64,000 nucleotides of DNA from Mobula hypostoma (lineage: Eukaryota), in the NCBI RefSeq assembly GCF_963921235.1, contig NC_086108.1:9920001-9984000 (forward strand), written 5' to 3'. A program made the position numbers and the translations under genes. The number at the start of each line of letters is the position of its first letter. Within the stretch, counting starts at the first letter, position 1. The notes beneath the pieces were generated by a model. That model did not search any database. It had not been told where the DNA came from and saw nothing but the letters and a program-made list of their open reading frames with translations. Of the stretch, positions 62,835 through 64,000 are shown piece after piece.

Positions 62835-63790
62835 CACACAATGCAGATCAGACAGCTTCTATGAAAATGAATAAACAGTTGGTGTTTCAGGCCGAGACCC
62901 TTCATCAAGAGAGGACACAGTTTTAAGGTGCTTGGAAGTAGGTACAGAGGAGATGTCAAGGGTAAGTTTTTACGCAGAGAGTGGTGAGTGCAAGGAATGG
63001 GCTGCTGGCAACGGTGGTAGAGGCGGATACAATAGGGTCTTTTAAGAGACAGATACATGGTGCTTAGCAAAATAGAGGGTTAGGTAATTTCTAAAGGACA
63101 TGTTCGGCACAGCTTTGTGGACAGAAGGGCCTGTATTGTGCTGTAGGTTTTCTATGTTTCTATCTTTCTATCAAGACGAAGAAGGAACAGGGAAGATGCC
63201 AGAATAAAAAAGTGGGGGGAGGGGAGGGAGGCTAGCTAGAAGGTGATAGGTGAAGCCAGGTGGGTGGGAGAGGTCAAGAGCTGGAGAGGAAGGAATCTGA
63301 TAGGAGAGGAGAGTGGACCACAGGAGAAAGGGGAAGAGGAGGAGACCCAAGGGGAAGTAATGGGCAGGTGAGAAGAGGTAAAAGGCCAGAGTGGGGAATA
63401 GAAAAAGAGGGGAGGGGGAGGGAACATTTTTTTACCAGAAGGAGAAATCAATATTCGTGCCATCAGGTTCGAGGCTACCCTGACGGAATATAAGTTGTTG
63501 CTCCTCCACCCTGAGGGTGGCCTCATCCTGGCACAAGAGGAAACCATGGTCCGACGTGTCAGAATGGGAATGGGGATCAGAATTAAAGTGTTAGGCATCT
63601 GGGAAGATTCACTTGCGGCAGATGGAGCAGAGGTGCTCGACGAAGCGATTCCCCTGATTTACGACGGGTTTCACCAACGTAGAGGAGGCTGCCTTGGGAA
63701 CACCGGACCAACCCCAGCAGATTTGCAGGTGAAGTTTTGCCTCAACTGGATGGACATTCTGGGGCCAGGAATGGAAGTGAGGGAGGAGGT
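62835..63790 (-). mobile_element. Penelope-like element 3' part (degraded GIY-YIG endonuclease, UTR, hammerhead-type terminus), interrupted by a CR1
   Basis: Minus strand QNFTC, LLYVGETRRK, RFVEH, HFNS and EEQQLIFR.GSLEPDG.NIDF; terminus tgatgaagggtctcggcctgaaac at ~62884-62907. Confidence 0.8.
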
Positions 63791-64000
63791 CTGTCTATCG
63801 GAAGCAACTGTGTACAAAATCATTGTGCAACAGGTCATTTTACAAACTCGATAATTTGATCAGAATCACGGGGTGACTATCTCCAAGGGGCCCACAATCT
63901 TGCCACAGGGTCTGAGGCTTGCGTACCTCATTGATCCAGAGAGCTATACTGGCTGGAGTCAGGGGCTTGTGCTAGGTCATCCATGCCAAACAGGTCAAAG

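Overview
This is repeat-dominated, non-coding vertebrate DNA. The repeat set (CR1 LINEs, V-domain tRNA SINEs, Rex1/Babar-L2 relics, Penelope termini) suggests a cartilaginous fish, which is inference. I found no intact host gene, rRNA, tRNA gene or CRISPR array; the long ORFs are degraded LINE proteins or artefacts of tandem repeats. The most interesting structures are RNA-level. (1) A complete miniature LTR retrotransposon (47643-50155, TSD ATAAC) has only 163 bp between its LTRs and a Tf1/sushi-type self-priming signature. (2) A ~550-bp non-coding RTE derivative (52808-53358) begins with an HDV-like ribozyme fold with an unusual hairpin-extended L3 and ends in the same 3' tail as an RTE LINE in this window. 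(3) Penelope termini carry minimal hammerhead motifs. Also present: an internally deleted Chapaev3-like DNA transposon, a palindromic mariner MITE, an LTR flanked by a 115-bp duplication, the same 95-bp LINE-derived array at two loci, a 44-bp satellite with higher-order structure, a 46-bp CpG-rich minisatellite and a promoter-like motif cluster. All calls were made by eye, and boundaries of old repeats are approximate.
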